Below are positions 1 to 9,824 of a DNA stretch of 32,000 nt, one piece after another; the stretch's first letter is position 1; every line of letters begins with the position of its first letter. The stretch spans positions 2,070,001 through 2,102,000 of the forward strand of contig NC_000917.1 of the NCBI RefSeq assembly GCF_000008665.1, written 5' to 3'. The translations under genes and the position numbers were made by a program. The notes beneath the pieces are model-generated. The model saw only the letters and a program-made list of their open reading frames with translations, had not been told where the DNA came from and ran no database searches. Source of the DNA: Archaeoglobus fulgidus DSM 4304. Lineage in GTDB: Archaea; Halobacteriota; Archaeoglobi; Archaeoglobales; Archaeoglobaceae.

Positions 1-285
1 GTTGTAATAGCCTCATCCGACATGCACCACTACCTGCCCGACGAGGAATGCAGACGGCTCGACAGCATAGTAATCGATGCTATTCTGTCGATGGACGTTA
101 AAAAGTACTACGAAACAATTTACAGGCTGCAGGCGAGCGTTTGCGGTTACGGCTGCATAGCTGTTGCTATGTACTACTCAAAGGCCAAGGGGGCGAGAGC
201 TGAGCTCGTTGACTACTCGACAAGTGGTGACGTTGCAGACAGAAGCCAGGTAGTTGGTTACGCAGGCATAGTTTTCAGAGTTTGA
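1..285 (+). CDS. MEMO1-family protein (AmmeMemoRadiSam system protein B-like), C-terminal part; 5' end lies outside the window
   Basis: Frame 1 is open from base 1. The C-terminal sequence ...VCGYGCIAVAMYYSKAKGA...STSGDVADRSQVVGYAGIVF matches the conserved MEMO-family C-terminus as I remember it (CG..., SGD..., VVGYA). Confidence 0.55.
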   Translation, partial: VVIASSDMHHYLPDEECRRLDSIVIDAILSMDVKKYYETIYRLQASVCGYGCIAVAMYYSKAKGARAELVDYSTSGDVADRSQVVGYAGIVFRV

Positions 286-331
286 TTTTAAAAACATTCT
301 CTAAAATTTTTTCCGAATATCGAACCTAAGC

Positions 332-339
332 TTTAAATA
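332..339 (+). promoter_or_regulatory. Archaeal TATA-box-like element (TTTAAATA) about 25 nt upstream of the ATG at 361; suggests a leaderless or very short-leader mRNA
   Basis: TTTAAATA sits in an AT-rich intergenic stretch. Its spacing to the start codon fits a TATA box at about -26 from a transcription start at or near the ATG. Confidence 0.4.
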
Positions 340-360
340 TCGGAAATAATATTTAACGCT

Positions 361-543
361 ATGAGCGACCCAAAGCAACTTGTTCTTGAGGCGATGAAAA
401 GGGCGGGAAAGCCAGTGAGGCCGGGCGACATAGCCAAAGAGACTGGACTGGACAGCAAGGAAGTCTCGAAAATAATAAAGGAGCTTAGGAAGGAGGGACT
501 CGTCCACTCGCCAAAAAGATGTTATTATGCGGTGAAGGAGTGA
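361..543 (+). CDS. Small winged-helix DNA-binding protein (60 aa)
   Basis: PGDIAKETGLDSKEVSKIIKELRKEGLV is a typical wHTH recognition segment. The stop overlaps the rubrerythrin start (ATGA at 541-545). Confidence 0.6.
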   Translation: MSDPKQLVLEAMKRAGKPVRPGDIAKETGLDSKEVSKIIKELRKEGLVHSPKRCYYAVKE

Positions 544-1034
544 TGTTTATGACAACGGAGGAGAACTTAAGAAACGCCTACGCCGGAGAGAGCCAGGCGA
601 TGGTGAGATACAGAATTTTTGCCGAAATAGCCCGAAGTAAGGGGCTTGAGGGAATCGCAAGGGTGTTTGAGGCTGCATCCTTTTCCGAGTTCGTTCACGC
701 CAAGAACCATCTAAAGGTTCTTGAAGATTTGAACGACGTGAGGAAGAACCTCGAGACCGCCTATGCGGGAGAGACGTATGAGATTACGGAAATGTATCCA
801 AGGTTCTACGAGGAGGCAGAAAAGGAGGGCAACAGGAGAGCGATGAACAGCATAAAGTGGGCTCTTGAAACGGAAAAAGTTCACGCTGGTATCTTCAAAA
901 GGCTAATTGAGAGCGGAGAGGACTACAGGGACAAAATCTACGTCTGCCCGGTATGCGGGTACGCGATGGAGGGTGAAGCTCCTGAGAAGTGCCCGCTGTG
1001 CAACACACCAAAGGAAAAGTTCGTCGAATTTTAA
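543..1034 (+). CDS. rbr: Rubrerythrin
   Basis: Di-iron ferritin-like motifs are present (AGESQA..., ExxH in FSEFVHAKNH, AYAGETYE, ETEKVHAG), with a C-terminal rubredoxin-like CPVCG...CPLC. I chose the ATG at 543, which follows AAGGAG, over the ORF-track start at 519. The ATG at 549 is also possible. Confidence 0.9.
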   Translation: MFMTTEENLRNAYAGESQAMVRYRIFAEIARSKGLEGIARVFEAASFSEFVHAKNHLKVLEDLNDVRKNLETAYAGETYEITEMYPRFYEEAEKEGNRRAMNSIKWALETEKVHAGIFKRLIESGEDYRDKIYVCPVCGYAMEGEAPEKCPLCNTPKEKFVEF

Positions 1035-1079
1035 TCAAATTTAGCGAAATTTCTTAATATTTTTTGTTACACTGCCTGC

Positions 1080-1535
1080 ATGAAGAACCTCTATTTCGAG
1101 GATTTTGAAATCGGAATGAAAGTCGAGAGCGCGGCGAGGACTGTAACCGAGGCGGACATAGTTATGTTTGCATCGCTAAGCGGGGACTGGAACCCGATAC
1201 ACACGGATGCGGAGTTCGCCAAAAAGACTATTTTTGGTCAGAGAGTTGCTCACGGTCTTTTAACGCTGTCCGTCGTGGCAGGGCTTCTCGTGAGACTCGG
1301 ATTGACGGAAAGGACAATCGTTGCTTTCTACGGAATCGACAAGCTTCGGTTCACGAACCCCGTCTTTATTGGGGACACAATAAGGGCCGTTCTGGAGGTT
1401 GTCGGGAAGGAGGACAAGGAGGGCAAGCCATACGGAGTCGTTGTTTACGACATAAAGGGCGTGAACCAGAGAGGGGAGGTTGTCATAACTTATACCTCAA
1501 GGGCTGCAATACTCAAAAGACGCCCTCAAGCCTGA
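1080..1535 (+). CDS. MaoC-like (R)-specific enoyl-CoA hydratase / hot-dog fold dehydratase
   Basis: SGDWNPIHTD...FGQRVAHG is the MaoC dehydratase signature. The size (151 aa) is typical. Confidence 0.8.
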   Translation: MKNLYFEDFEIGMKVESAARTVTEADIVMFASLSGDWNPIHTDAEFAKKTIFGQRVAHGLLTLSVVAGLLVRLGLTERTIVAFYGIDKLRFTNPVFIGDTIRAVLEVVGKEDKEGKPYGVVVYDIKGVNQRGEVVITYTSRAAILKRRPQA

Positions 1536-1956
1536 GCAGCCTCTTCTTCAAACTTTTTCCATCAATATCGGAGCAGCTTACCGTGTATCCGCCAATCTCC
1601 TTTTTACCAACCACCCGATGGCAGGGGATGATCACAGGCAGAGGGTTTCTCTTGACCGCCTGTCCTACTGCCCTGGGTGAGGTGTTAAGGGCTTTGGCGA
1701 TATCTGAGTACATCCTAACCATACCGTACGGAATCCTGCTGACCTCCTCAAGCACCCTTCTTGTGAAGCTGCTTGCCTTAAGCCTGTAGGGTATCCTGAC
1801 CTCAACCCTTTCCCCCGAAAAGTACCTTTCAAGCTGCCTTGCGTATTCGGAATCTGAGGAAGAAAAAGATGGATACGTTGAAAAGTAGGACTTTACTGCC
1901 TTCCCCCCTTCCATAACAACGTTGAAGTAAAGCTCTCCCCACTTAACCGAGAACAT
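1513..1956 (-). CDS. ogt: Methylated-DNA--protein-cysteine methyltransferase (O6-alkylguanine-DNA alkyltransferase)
   Basis: The active-site motif IIPCHRVV and the upstream YSDIAKAL...PRAVGQA helix-turn-helix are present. The 3' end overlaps the convergent MaoC gene by 23 nt. Confidence 0.8.
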   Translation of the reverse strand: MFSVKWGELYFNVVMEGGKAVKSYFSTYPSFSSSDSEYARQLERYFSGERVEVRIPYRLKASSFTRRVLEEVSRIPYGMVRMYSDIAKALNTSPRAVGQAVKRNPLPVIIPCHRVVGKKEIGGYTVSCSDIDGKSLKKRLLRLEGVF

Positions 1957-2480
1957 CAGAAGTCCCTGCCGGAGATGTCCCTCAGCCTCTTTATACCGTC
2001 TATCTCCTTTATTATCTCAGCTACAGATTCTGGAACGTACTTCTCCCAGTCCTCACCTTCGAGCATCTTTCTCCTGATTTCCGTGCCGTGGTACTCGTTT
2101 CGATTGTACATTTTCGTGTGCATCACTTTGAAGCCCGCTTCTTTGAAAAGCCTGTAAACGAGCGGATTGTTGGTGTAAACAACGTCAAATGGAGGTACCA
2201 TCGAGCAGACGTGCGCGACCCAGAGGCTGTTTCGGTATATGTCCTCTAACGGAATTATGTAAACCTTCTTATCGATTCCAAGCTCCCTCTTTATCTCGTC
2301 CACGGCTCTGTCAATCATCAGAACTCTCTCTCCTGCCGTGAAGGGGTTTTCGAGAGAATGGCTTTCCTGCGCGCTGCCTATCCCTATTATAAGCTCGTCC
2401 ACCTTCTGCAGAACGTTCTTGACAACCTCGTGGTGTCCGAGGTGGTAAGGCTGGAACCTTCCGACGAAGAACGCTCTCAT
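1956..2480 (-). CDS. nadM: Nicotinamide-nucleotide adenylyltransferase, archaeal type
   Basis: The N-terminal GRFQPYHLGHHEVV (HxGH nucleotidyltransferase motif) and the 174-aa length are typical of archaeal NMNAT. Confidence 0.85.
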   Translation of the reverse strand: MRAFFVGRFQPYHLGHHEVVKNVLQKVDELIIGIGSAQESHSLENPFTAGERVLMIDRAVDEIKRELGIDKKVYIIPLEDIYRNSLWVAHVCSMVPPFDVVYTNNPLVYRLFKEAGFKVMHTKMYNRNEYHGTEIRRKMLEGEDWEKYVPESVAEIIKEIDGIKRLRDISGRDF

Positions 2481-4033
2481 CTCGGTCTCCGCACGGCCCT
2501 TTTTATGTCATCTTTCAGCTTCCTTCCCGTCCTTTTCTCCCACTCTTCGATGGGTATTCCGTACTTCTCGTGTATAGCATCCCTGTACCTTTCGGGAATA
2601 ACATTGAAGGTGCAGAAGGGGATGATTCTGCCATCGGGGCTGCCGTAGTGAATTTCACAGCGCTCAACCCTCGCAATGTCGTAGTTGTATAAATCCTGGA
2701 AGTGCATCATTCCGATGAAAAGGGACTTTACATGGAACTCTCCGAGGGTGGAGTAGTCGTGCTTGATTAGCACTTCGTAGAGAATCTTTGCAATGTTGAA
2801 CCCCTTCGGAGCCTTTGATGTGTCCACGAACTTTCTCAGGTCAATAATGTCTTTGATGGCTCTTATTGTCTTCATCCTGCTTTTGGCAATCTCCTCAGCC
2901 TTCTCGTTGAGGAACTCAAAAAGCCCTTCGACGTCTACGAATCTCGTTATGGGGATGAGCCTGCCGTTATCCTTGAAGATGTAGGTTGCCATACCACATG
3001 CAAAGTGCGTTGTTAGCTCATACTGCGGCTGGCCTGTGAGGGCCTCGACAAATCTCGAAATGGGAACGACGCTCGGAACGGGGTAGAAGTCCTCTCTGCC
3101 AATCTCTCCGTTCGTCTGCTCCTCAATTGCCTTTATGCAGTCCGGAATCGTTATGCGGAACTGCTCCCTCTCCTTTCTTGGCATGCTCCCCACGAGGCTG
3201 ACCGGCTGGAAGTTAACACCCCTTACGATATCGATGTTCTCAGCTGCGAAGCGAATGATGTCTCCAAGCTGGTGGTCGTTGACGCCTTTAATGACAGTTG
3301 GAACGAGCACAAGTCCGAGCTGAGCCCTTCTGCAGTTTTCAAGAATCTTCGGGATTTCGTGATGGTTCTTCGGATTGGTTTTTTCATCAACACCATCGAA
3401 GGATAGGTAGACCGTGTTAACCCCCGCCACTCTAACTCTGAGAGCGAAGTCAGGGTCCTCGGCAAGCCTTATCCCGTTTGTGTTGAGCTGGATGTGGTCG
3501 TACCCCTCCTCCTTTATCATTCTGATTATATCAATCAGGTCATCCCTCAGCGTTGGCTCTCCTCCCGTGAGCTGCACCGCGTTGCAGCCGATTGGCTTCA
3601 TGTTCTTCGCCTTCCTGACCATTTCGCGTATCTGCTCAATCGTCGGCTCGTAAACGTAGCCAGCCCTTCTGGCGTAGAAGAAGCAGTACCAGCATGCCAG
3701 GTCACAGCGATTCGTCAGAACGATGTTCAGCAGGGCTGTGTGGCTCTTGTGGTTGTTGCACAGCCCGCAGCTGAAGGGACAGGTAGTGTTCTGTGTGATT
3801 GGAGTTGAGATGCCGTGACCGTCGGCAGCGAACCTCGCTGCCTTCTTGAACATCTCGGCATCTCCCCAGTAAACGTCAACGAATTCTCCATGCTCCTCGC
3901 AAACCTTTCTGATCATTACTTTGCCGTTCTCCTCGTAAACCTCAGCCTCAAGAATTTTCAGGCATTCAGGACAGAGGGATTTTGTTTTGTAAGGGAGCCT
4001 GATATCCTTTAATTCCGATTCAACATTCTGCAT
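2477..4033 (-). CDS. Large radical SAM enzyme with an N-terminal Cys-ribbon; resembles the MJ0619 / tetraether lipid synthase (Tes, GDGT-MAS) family
   Basis: The CxxxCxxC cluster motif is NRCDLACWYCF and the SAM-binding segment is QLTGGEPTL. The N-terminal CPEC...C..HG ribbon and the 518-aa length fit this family. The family assignment is from memory and is not verified. Confidence 0.7.
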   Translation of the reverse strand: MQNVESELKDIRLPYKTKSLCPECLKILEAEVYEENGKVMIRKVCEEHGEFVDVYWGDAEMFKKAARFAADGHGISTPITQNTTCPFSCGLCNNHKSHTALLNIVLTNRCDLACWYCFFYARRAGYVYEPTIEQIREMVRKAKNMKPIGCNAVQLTGGEPTLRDDLIDIIRMIKEEGYDHIQLNTNGIRLAEDPDFALRVRVAGVNTVYLSFDGVDEKTNPKNHHEIPKILENCRRAQLGLVLVPTVIKGVNDHQLGDIIRFAAENIDIVRGVNFQPVSLVGSMPRKEREQFRITIPDCIKAIEEQTNGEIGREDFYPVPSVVPISRFVEALTGQPQYELTTHFACGMATYIFKDNGRLIPITRFVDVEGLFEFLNEKAEEIAKSRMKTIRAIKDIIDLRKFVDTSKAPKGFNIAKILYEVLIKHDYSTLGEFHVKSLFIGMMHFQDLYNYDIARVERCEIHYGSPDGRIIPFCTFNVIPERYRDAIHEKYGIPIEEWEKRTGRKLKDDIKRAVRRPR

Positions 4034-4112
4034 TATGATTAAAACTGTTCAAGAGTTTATCAAGTTTTCTGTTGGGGTTTGGGCTTAATTAACCGCTCCC
4101 GTAGTGTAAAAT

Positions 4113-4712
4113 CTACACTACACCGGAATTCGAGAGCTGCTCAACTTCAAATCCGTCCATAATATAATTTTCGTCGAAGTACCTCCTGACAAGCCTTTGC
4201 GCATACAATCTCGCCTTCGGTATTTCGGCCCCAAAGAACTTAAAGAAGGTTTCGACCTGCTTTCTCGTTCTCAGCTCATATTGGTTTTCCGCCGCCGTTG
4301 TAACTATAAATGGCACGTCAAATTTCCTGATAACCATTATTTCCTGCCTGAGCCTTTCGAAGAGGTGCATTCTCTTGTAGCCCTCAGTCCTCAGAAACTT
4401 GGACAAGCTGAGCTCAATTGCAACGTCCTTCTCGGCAGCGAGCTTCAGCGTTGCGTAATCCAGCTCCCTGTCCTCCCAGTCAAGAATAACGTCAACCCTT
4501 CTTCTCATCACAGCCTCTCTGCAAACAGCCTCCTTACCGATAATGCCGACTATGGCCCTCCTTTTAACGCCTCTGAGCTTTTTTCTCAGTTCCTCCGGAG
4601 AGTTCGCCCTGATAACAATTCCACAGCCTTTCGGTTTTTCGAGCATGAAAACGTAACTTTTAAAGCCTAAATCAGGCAAGTTCTCGGGAAAAAACCTCAG
4701 GAAATCGTACAT
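4113..4712 (-). CDS. rnp3: Ribonuclease P protein component 3 (Rpp30 homolog)
   Basis: The pattern VDVILDWE...AAEKDVAIELSLS...IRKFDVPFIVTTAAEN..ELR matches the archaeal Rpp30 TIM-barrel. The gene sits in the conserved neighbourhood with rpl15e. Confidence 0.75.
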   Translation of the reverse strand: MYDFLRFFPENLPDLGFKSYVFMLEKPKGCGIVIRANSPEELRKKLRGVKRRAIVGIIGKEAVCREAVMRRRVDVILDWEDRELDYATLKLAAEKDVAIELSLSKFLRTEGYKRMHLFERLRQEIMVIRKFDVPFIVTTAAENQYELRTRKQVETFFKFFGAEIPKARLYAQRLVRRYFDENYIMDGFEVEQLSNSGVV

Positions 4713-5134
4713 AGCTCTCTGGCAAACTCTATGACTTTCTCACGCTTCGATGGATAAGTTACGAGCCTCAGCTTTACCGCTATGGGGTCTCCCCCACTTG
4801 TGAGGGAAACTTCTCCAAGATAAGCTTTTTGCTTATCTATTCTGATGTGCAGAACATTCTGCTCGTCTATTCTGTCCTCAAGAGTGCTCAAAATCTCTTC
4901 AGCCTGCTCCCCAAGAAGCTCGAGAAGATTCTTCCAGAACTTCTTTATTTCGGAGCTTTTTGTAAGTTCAACCTCGAGATACTCCATCGGGTTGCCGTAA
5001 TGGCCTTTGGCCTTGCTCACAGCAATCTCAAACTCAAAGGGAAAAAGAGTGGAAATAGCTTCTCCAACCTTTTCGCGGTCTTCTGTTGAGTGGACAACTG
5101 CGGATACTCTAACCCACTCAATCTTTCCTTTCAT
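4697..5134 (-). CDS. Conserved archaeal protein (UPF0201-like, predicted RNA-binding), typically linked to rpl15e and rnp3
   Basis: The 145-aa ORF overlaps both flanking genes, which suggests translational coupling. The assignment rests on the conserved context and my general recollection of the sequence. Confidence 0.5.
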   Translation of the reverse strand: MKGKIEWVRVSAVVHSTEDREKVGEAISTLFPFEFEIAVSKAKGHYGNPMEYLEVELTKSSEIKKFWKNLLELLGEQAEEILSTLEDRIDEQNVLHIRIDKQKAYLGEVSLTSGGDPIAVKLRLVTYPSKREKVIEFARELCTIS

Positions 5135-5715
5135 CTGCGCTTCTTCCTGAAGTTAGCTCTGAGGCTTGGCCTGACCTTCTCCGCTCCTCTGCCCTTTCTT
5201 CTCAGCCCTCTCGCCTTCCTTCCTGCCGAGGTCAAACCGCGGTAAACTCTTCCTCTGGTTCTGCTAACCCACGAAAGCTGCGGATCGCTCTTTATGGCCG
5301 GATGGTCTCTGTCAACCAAAATGACCTCAAACCACTTGTACCTCCCATCCTCACCGACCCAGTAGGAGTTCAGAACCTCCATGTTGGGGTACTTCCTGTT
5401 CGCCCTCTCCTCAGCTATCCACTGCAGGTTTTTTTTCGGCGTTCTTCTGTTCACCATCAGTCCCTTGCTCTTCCTTCCCTTGTTGGGCCTCGTTGCTCTT
5501 CTCCCTCCCCTTCTGATTCTGACTCTAACAACTATGATTCCCTTCTTCGCCTTGTAGCCCAATGCTCTCGCCCTGTCGAGCCTCGTCGGGCGTGGAATTC
5601 TAACAACCGCAGGCTCCCTCCTCCACTTCTGCAACCTGTGCCACATTAGCTCTCCAACATACCCCTCGTACGGTCTCTTCCAAGCTTCTCTGATATAAGC
5701 ATACATCGACTTCAT
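5131..5715 (-). CDS. rpl15e: 50S ribosomal protein L15e
   Basis: [15 protein letters not shown]... and the very basic composition are diagnostic. I chose the ATG preceded by GGTGGTGA (start at 5715) over the GTG at 5727. Confidence 0.9.
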   Translation of the reverse strand: MKSMYAYIREAWKRPYEGYVGELMWHRLQKWRREPAVVRIPRPTRLDRARALGYKAKKGIIVVRVRIRRGGRRATRPNKGRKSKGLMVNRRTPKKNLQWIAEERANRKYPNMEVLNSYWVGEDGRYKWFEVILVDRDHPAIKSDPQLSWVSRTRGRVYRGLTSAGRKARGLRRKGRGAEKVRPSLRANFRKKRR

Positions 5716-5732
5716 CTTCACCACCACGCAAC

Positions 5733-6368
5733 TCAGGCAACAGCCTCGGCAACAGCAGGCTGAGTTTCAGCCTCAGCAGGTTCCGCAAGAAGCTCAATTT
5801 TCCTTATCTCAACCCTCCTGATGGGGTATATCTTCTTGGCATTCTTGTAAATCTCCGCCGGAACTTTGCCCAGAACGCACTCCTGAAGGAACTGGACGAA
5901 GTTGAGCGAGCTTGCCTTTTCAACGACTATCTGCCTCATTATTGCCCTGATTGCCCTCTTCTGGCTCGTCTTGCACCTCCTGACAGTAAAGACGACCGAC
6001 TTAACCCTAAGCTTGTATCCGTCAGCAGTGGTAACATCAACTATGTCCTCAATTTTGCTCGTTCTCCTCCTCGTCAGGCTGTTGAGGTACTCTCTTGTAA
6101 GCTCAAATCTCCAGAACTTGGTGTAGGCGTTGTCACCAGCCACCCTGTAAACCTTGAAAATGAGCTTCTTGTAGGTGTTCTGGTTGGAGTAGTCGTTGGT
6201 GAGCTCAGCCAGAGTTGTCTCCACCGTCCTCCCCACGACCTTGCTCGCATCGTCAGCAGGTGTTTCTCCAAGCTCTGCCATTCCGAAGTACTCAGGAGCG
6301 ATGAGCGTAAACCACTTTTTCAACGTCCATTTATCCTTAACTCTTGCAGCCCTTCTCTTTCTCGCCAT
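5733..6368 (-). CDS. rps3ae: 30S ribosomal protein S3Ae
   Basis: [28 protein letters not shown] is the canonical S3Ae N-terminus. I prefer the ATG at 6368 to the TTG at 6392. Confidence 0.9.
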   Translation of the reverse strand: MARKRRAARVKDKWTLKKWFTLIAPEYFGMAELGETPADDASKVVGRTVETTLAELTNDYSNQNTYKKLIFKVYRVAGDNAYTKFWRFELTREYLNSLTRRRTSKIEDIVDVTTADGYKLRVKSVVFTVRRCKTSQKRAIRAIMRQIVVEKASSLNFVQFLQECVLGKVPAEIYKNAKKIYPIRRVEIRKIELLAEPAEAETQPAVAEAVA

Positions 6369-6420
6369 GCTTTTGCAGTTTTGAGGGGACAATTAATAAA
6401 ACTTTTGGAGACGATAGTTC

Positions 6421-6966
6421 ATGCTAACTCTCCTGATGTGTGGCGGGAAGGGAACGAGATTGGGAAGGGGAGAGAAACCCCTCTTCGAGGTTTGCGGGAT
6501 GAAGCTCATCGACCACTCGCTGCTTCAATACAAAGATTTCGACGTCATCGCCATAACTTCCCCTCACACGCCAGCTACGGAAAGTTATCTCGCTGAAAAA
6601 GGTGTGGAGGTTTACAGGGCTGCGGGGAAAGGTTACATCGAAGACTACAGCGAAGCTTGCAGGGAGCTTGCCATCAACGAGCCTGTTATCGTTGCTTCGG
6701 CCGACATAGTCTATATCAGAGATATAGCCTTTGACATAGTTGATGCTTACATGAAAACGATAAAACCCGCTCTCACGGTGGTTATGGAGGGTGAGCCGGT
6801 GGGAGTTAACATAATTGATTCTCTCCTGATCAACACCTGGCAGGAAGAAGAGATATATAGCATCGAGAAAGATAGTGTCGTAAACGTAAACACCGTTGCT
6901 GATGTTGAGAGGGCTGAGAGGTTATGGACTACGATGAGAAAAGAGAGAGGCTGGCAGAGAGATTGA
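6421..6966 (+). CDS. cobY: Adenosylcobinamide-phosphate guanylyltransferase, archaeal CobY type (NTP-transferase fold)
   Basis: The N-terminal [10 protein letters not shown] nucleotidyltransferase loop, the 181-aa size and the linkage to cobS two genes downstream support the call. Confidence 0.6.
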   Translation: MLTLLMCGGKGTRLGRGEKPLFEVCGMKLIDHSLLQYKDFDVIAITSPHTPATESYLAEKGVEVYRAAGKGYIEDYSEACRELAINEPVIVASADIVYIRDIAFDIVDAYMKTIKPALTVVMEGEPVGVNIIDSLLINTWQEEEIYSIEKDSVVNVNTVADVERAERLWTTMRKERGWQRD

Positions 6967-7583
6967 GGCAGGAGCTTAACCTGAGCAGGAAAGTTTACGA
7001 GGCGATAAGAAAGGTGCCCAGACACCTTTTTGTGCCCGAGAGCTACAAAAATGAAGCTTACGTTGACACACCCCTCCCAATAGGCTACGGCCAGACGATA
7101 AGCGCACCCCACATGGTCGCGATCATGTGCGAGCTTCTCGATTTGAGGGAGGGGGATAAGGTCCTCGAGGTGGGCACGGGTTGCGGATATCACGCCGCTG
7201 TGACTGCAGAAATTGTCGGGAAGAGCGGGAAGGTGATATCCATCGAGTACATTCCTGAACTGGCGGAGAGGGCTAGGGCGATTCTGAAGGCGCTTGGGTA
7301 CGACAATGTTGAGGTGATAGTCGGCGACGGGAGCAAGGGCTACGAGAAAGAGGCTCCTTACGACAAAATCTACGTCACCGCTGCGGCGCCTGACATCCCC
7401 AAGCCGCTGATAGAGCAGCTAAAGCCCAGAGGCAGGATGGTCATTCCTGTAGGTGACTCCGTGCAGTGGCTGATAATCGTGGAAAAGGATGAGAGCGGCA
7501 ATGTAAGGAAGAAGAACTGGGGTTCTGTGCGATTTGTGCCCCTAAGGGGCGAGTACGGCTTCAAAAGTGTGAGGTATGATTAA
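6924..7583 (+). CDS. pcm: Protein-L-isoaspartate O-methyltransferase
   Basis: [19 protein letters not shown] and [12 protein letters not shown] (SAM motif I) are present, and the length is 219 aa. Confidence 0.9.
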   Translation: MDYDEKRERLAERLRQELNLSRKVYEAIRKVPRHLFVPESYKNEAYVDTPLPIGYGQTISAPHMVAIMCELLDLREGDKVLEVGTGCGYHAAVTAEIVGKSGKVISIEYIPELAERARAILKALGYDNVEVIVGDGSKGYEKEAPYDKIYVTAAAPDIPKPLIEQLKPRGRMVIPVGDSVQWLIIVEKDESGNVRKKNWGSVRFVPLRGEYGFKSVRYD

Positions 7584-8271
7584 GGCAATCAGATCAGCAA
7601 TTTCCTTTTTAACGACTCTGCCGTTAGGTGGAGACGTTGAGGAGCTTAGAAAAAATCTCTGGCTTTTCCCCTATGCGGCTATCCTGATTGCACTAATCGT
7701 TTCCGTTCCTCATTTCATCAGGAATTTTGTCGATATCAGGTTTTTGGCTTTGGTGCTCTACCTTGGGGCTGAGGGCATAAACCACGTTGACGGTCTCGCT
7801 GACTTCGGGGATGCTCTCTTCGCTCCCAAAAACCGAAAAAGAGAGGCAATCAAGGACCTCAACACCGGAGCGGGTGGTGTTGCTGTTGTCGTTGTTTACT
7901 TTCTCCTGCTTTACACCCTGCTCTACCGCTCAGACTTCTGGGAAATAGCCCTATCCCAGGTTCTCGCAAAGTACTCCATGCTACTCCTGATGCTCCTCTC
8001 CAGGCCTTCTTGGGACGGAATGGGCTCGTATTTTATGGAGAAAATTTCCTCAAAGGACGTTTTCATCGGTGCGGTTCCCGTCGTGCTTCTCTGCTACAAA
8101 GTGGGCATCGAATCTTTAGCAGCGCTCGCTTCGGGATTTGCTGTGGTGCTCCTGCTTAAGGCCTACTCTGAAAAGCACTTCGGTGGAGTTAATGGGGATG
8201 TTATAGGCTCCGCCAACTGCCTTACCTTCGCCGCCTCTCTTTCAGCGCTAACCATCGCGGGTCAGCTTTGA
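7576..8271 (+). CDS. cobS: Adenosylcobinamide-GDP ribazoletransferase (cobalamin synthase)
   Basis: It is a polytopic membrane protein with [17 protein letters not shown] and GGVNGDVIG motifs, which are characteristic of CobS. Confidence 0.8.
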   Translation: MIKAIRSAISFLTTLPLGGDVEELRKNLWLFPYAAILIALIVSVPHFIRNFVDIRFLALVLYLGAEGINHVDGLADFGDALFAPKNRKREAIKDLNTGAGGVAVVVVYFLLLYTLLYRSDFWEIALSQVLAKYSMLLLMLLSRPSWDGMGSYFMEKISSKDVFIGAVPVVLLCYKVGIESLAALASGFAVVLLLKAYSEKHFGGVNGDVIGSANCLTFAASLSALTIAGQL

Positions 8272-9561
8272 GATGAAGAACCCCGCAGTATCGTGGAGAT
8301 GTGGAAAGCTTCTCACGACCTTTTCCCAGTCCCTGAACAGCACACCTCTAAACTCCCTTACACCCCTTCCGAAGGGCGAGGGGAGGGGCAGAATCTTCGC
8401 CCCGGTTTTGAGCAGATTCTCCTCATTCTCCTCGAAGGTTATGCTGCAGGTTGCATAAACGACTTCATCGGCATTCCTCAGGGCGTTGGCAATCATCTTC
8501 CTCTGAACCTTCATTGTAGCTCTGAACTTTCTTTCGTCGAACGTCCACTTGACGTTTGGCTGGGATGCGTAGTTGCCAGTTGAGGAGCACGGTGCATCGA
8601 CGAGAGCCTTGTCAGCCTCACACTCAAAAACGCATCCATCGCCGAGCTTTATCTCAACGTTTTTGACACCAAGCTGCTTCAGCTTGCTCCTCATCCTTCG
8701 CACCCTGCTCGGAGAGTTGTCAACCGCCACGATTCTTCCTTCATTTTGCATCAGCATCGCCATGTGGGCGGTCTTCATTCCTGGAGCGGCGGCAAGGTCG
8801 ATGACCACGTCTCCCGGAGATGGGTTGAGGGCATGCGAAACGAAGCACGATGCCAGGTCCTGTATAACGTACTTTCCTTCCGAGTGCCAGTCAAGTGAGG
8901 CTGGATGCTTTTCGTAACCTTTAACGCGGAAAACCTCATCCAGAAAAGTCTCCTCCAGAATGACGCCGTTCTTCTCCAGATACTCTCTAACAGATTCCAC
9001 AGACCCTTTCAGCTCATTAACCCTCACGTAAGTTGGGGGATTCCTCAGGTTTGCCTTCATCAGCTTCAGCGCCCCATCCTCACCGAGAAGTTCGATGGCG
9101 TACTTTACAAACCACTCTGGGTGGAAGTATGTGAGGGAAAGTTCCTTCAGCCTGCCCTCTGCCTGAATATCAAGCTTTTCCACTTTGCGGAGAACCGCAT
9201 TAACAAGAGAGGCCTTTCCCCTTTCCCTTGCAATTCTCACAGCAGAATCTGTGGCGAGAGCTGGATGCACGCCTTTGTACTTCATCTCGTAAACGGCAAT
9301 CCTGAGCAGGTTTCTGGTAAACGGGTCGAGCCCGTCGAATTTTTTGAGGGTTGATTTAAGGAAGTAGTCTATTGCGTTGAGCCTCTTGAGAGTTTCAACG
9401 CTGTAGGCGTGAACGCTACCCCTTACCTTGTAGTCAAAGCCCCCGGCAAGCTTCTGAACAGCCGACTTTACCGAAATTCTGCTCCTCTCGACCTCGGCCA
9501 GAACCTTTGCAGCAATCTCCTGGGTGGGAATCACATTACTACCATCTGAGCGTGCGGACAT
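8248..9561 (-). CDS. NOL1/NOP2/Sun-family RNA (cytosine-C5)-methyltransferase
   Basis: An N-terminal NusB-like region is followed by VIDLAAAPGMKT (SAM motif I), DAPCSSTG (motif IV) and the TCS motif. Confidence 0.8.
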   Translation of the reverse strand: MSARSDGSNVIPTQEIAAKVLAEVERSRISVKSAVQKLAGGFDYKVRGSVHAYSVETLKRLNAIDYFLKSTLKKFDGLDPFTRNLLRIAVYEMKYKGVHPALATDSAVRIARERGKASLVNAVLRKVEKLDIQAEGRLKELSLTYFHPEWFVKYAIELLGEDGALKLMKANLRNPPTYVRVNELKGSVESVREYLEKNGVILEETFLDEVFRVKGYEKHPASLDWHSEGKYVIQDLASCFVSHALNPSPGDVVIDLAAAPGMKTAHMAMLMQNEGRIVAVDNSPSRVRRMRSKLKQLGVKNVEIKLGDGCVFECEADKALVDAPCSSTGNYASQPNVKWTFDERKFRATMKVQRKMIANALRNADEVVYATCSITFEENEENLLKTGAKILPLPSPFGRGVREFRGVLFRDWEKVVRSFPHLHDTAGFFISKLTRDG

Positions 9562-9824
9562 CCTCCTATGTAGAGAACTCTATTTCTGTCGATGATGCCG
9601 ATTCTTGCAGCAAGCTCCACCGCTTTTTTGCCTGTTATGTTCGCAATCGTTGCATTCCTCAGCGCTCTCTTAACCTCCTCCTCTCCGACCTCTTCGCTAC
9701 CGTAGAAGCTCTCCTTGACTTCTATTTTCAGATCTCCCTCTCTGAAGGTTTTGCCCACTATGTCCGAATCGCAGACGGCAACGAGCACTTCTCCCTTCAC
9801 TCTGTAAACTCGCATTCTGAACAT
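9531..9824 (-). CDS. DUF424-family protein
   Basis: The 97-aa sequence MRVYRVKGEVLVAVCDSDIVGKTF...GGCPHAQ fits DUF424. The gene sits immediately downstream of aIF2-beta, as in many archaea. Confidence 0.65.
   Translation of the reverse strand: MFRMRVYRVKGEVLVAVCDSDIVGKTFREGDLKIEVKESFYGSEEVGEEEVKRALRNATIANITGKKAVELAARIGIIDRNRVLYIGGCPHAQMVVM

Noticed and set aside
519-542. The ORF-track start at 519 for rubrerythrin (MLLCGEGV...)
   Set aside because: That start would overlap the upstream wHTH gene by 25 nt and add a non-conserved N-terminus. The ATG at 543 has an AAGGAG Shine-Dalgarno-like sequence and gives a canonical rubrerythrin N-terminus.
4197-4670. A 157-aa plus-strand ORF opposite the RNase P Rpp30 gene
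   Set aside because: It is an antisense shadow of a well-supported gene. It has a low-complexity, Leu/Ser/Pro/Arg-rich composition, no recognisable motifs and no start context.
6421-8271. cobY-pcm-cobS, with pcm wedged between two cobamide-salvage genes and overlapping both (43 nt and 8 nt)
   Set aside because: This is ordinary operon compaction in a dense archaeal genome. All three proteins are intact and canonical, and nothing suggests a novel function.
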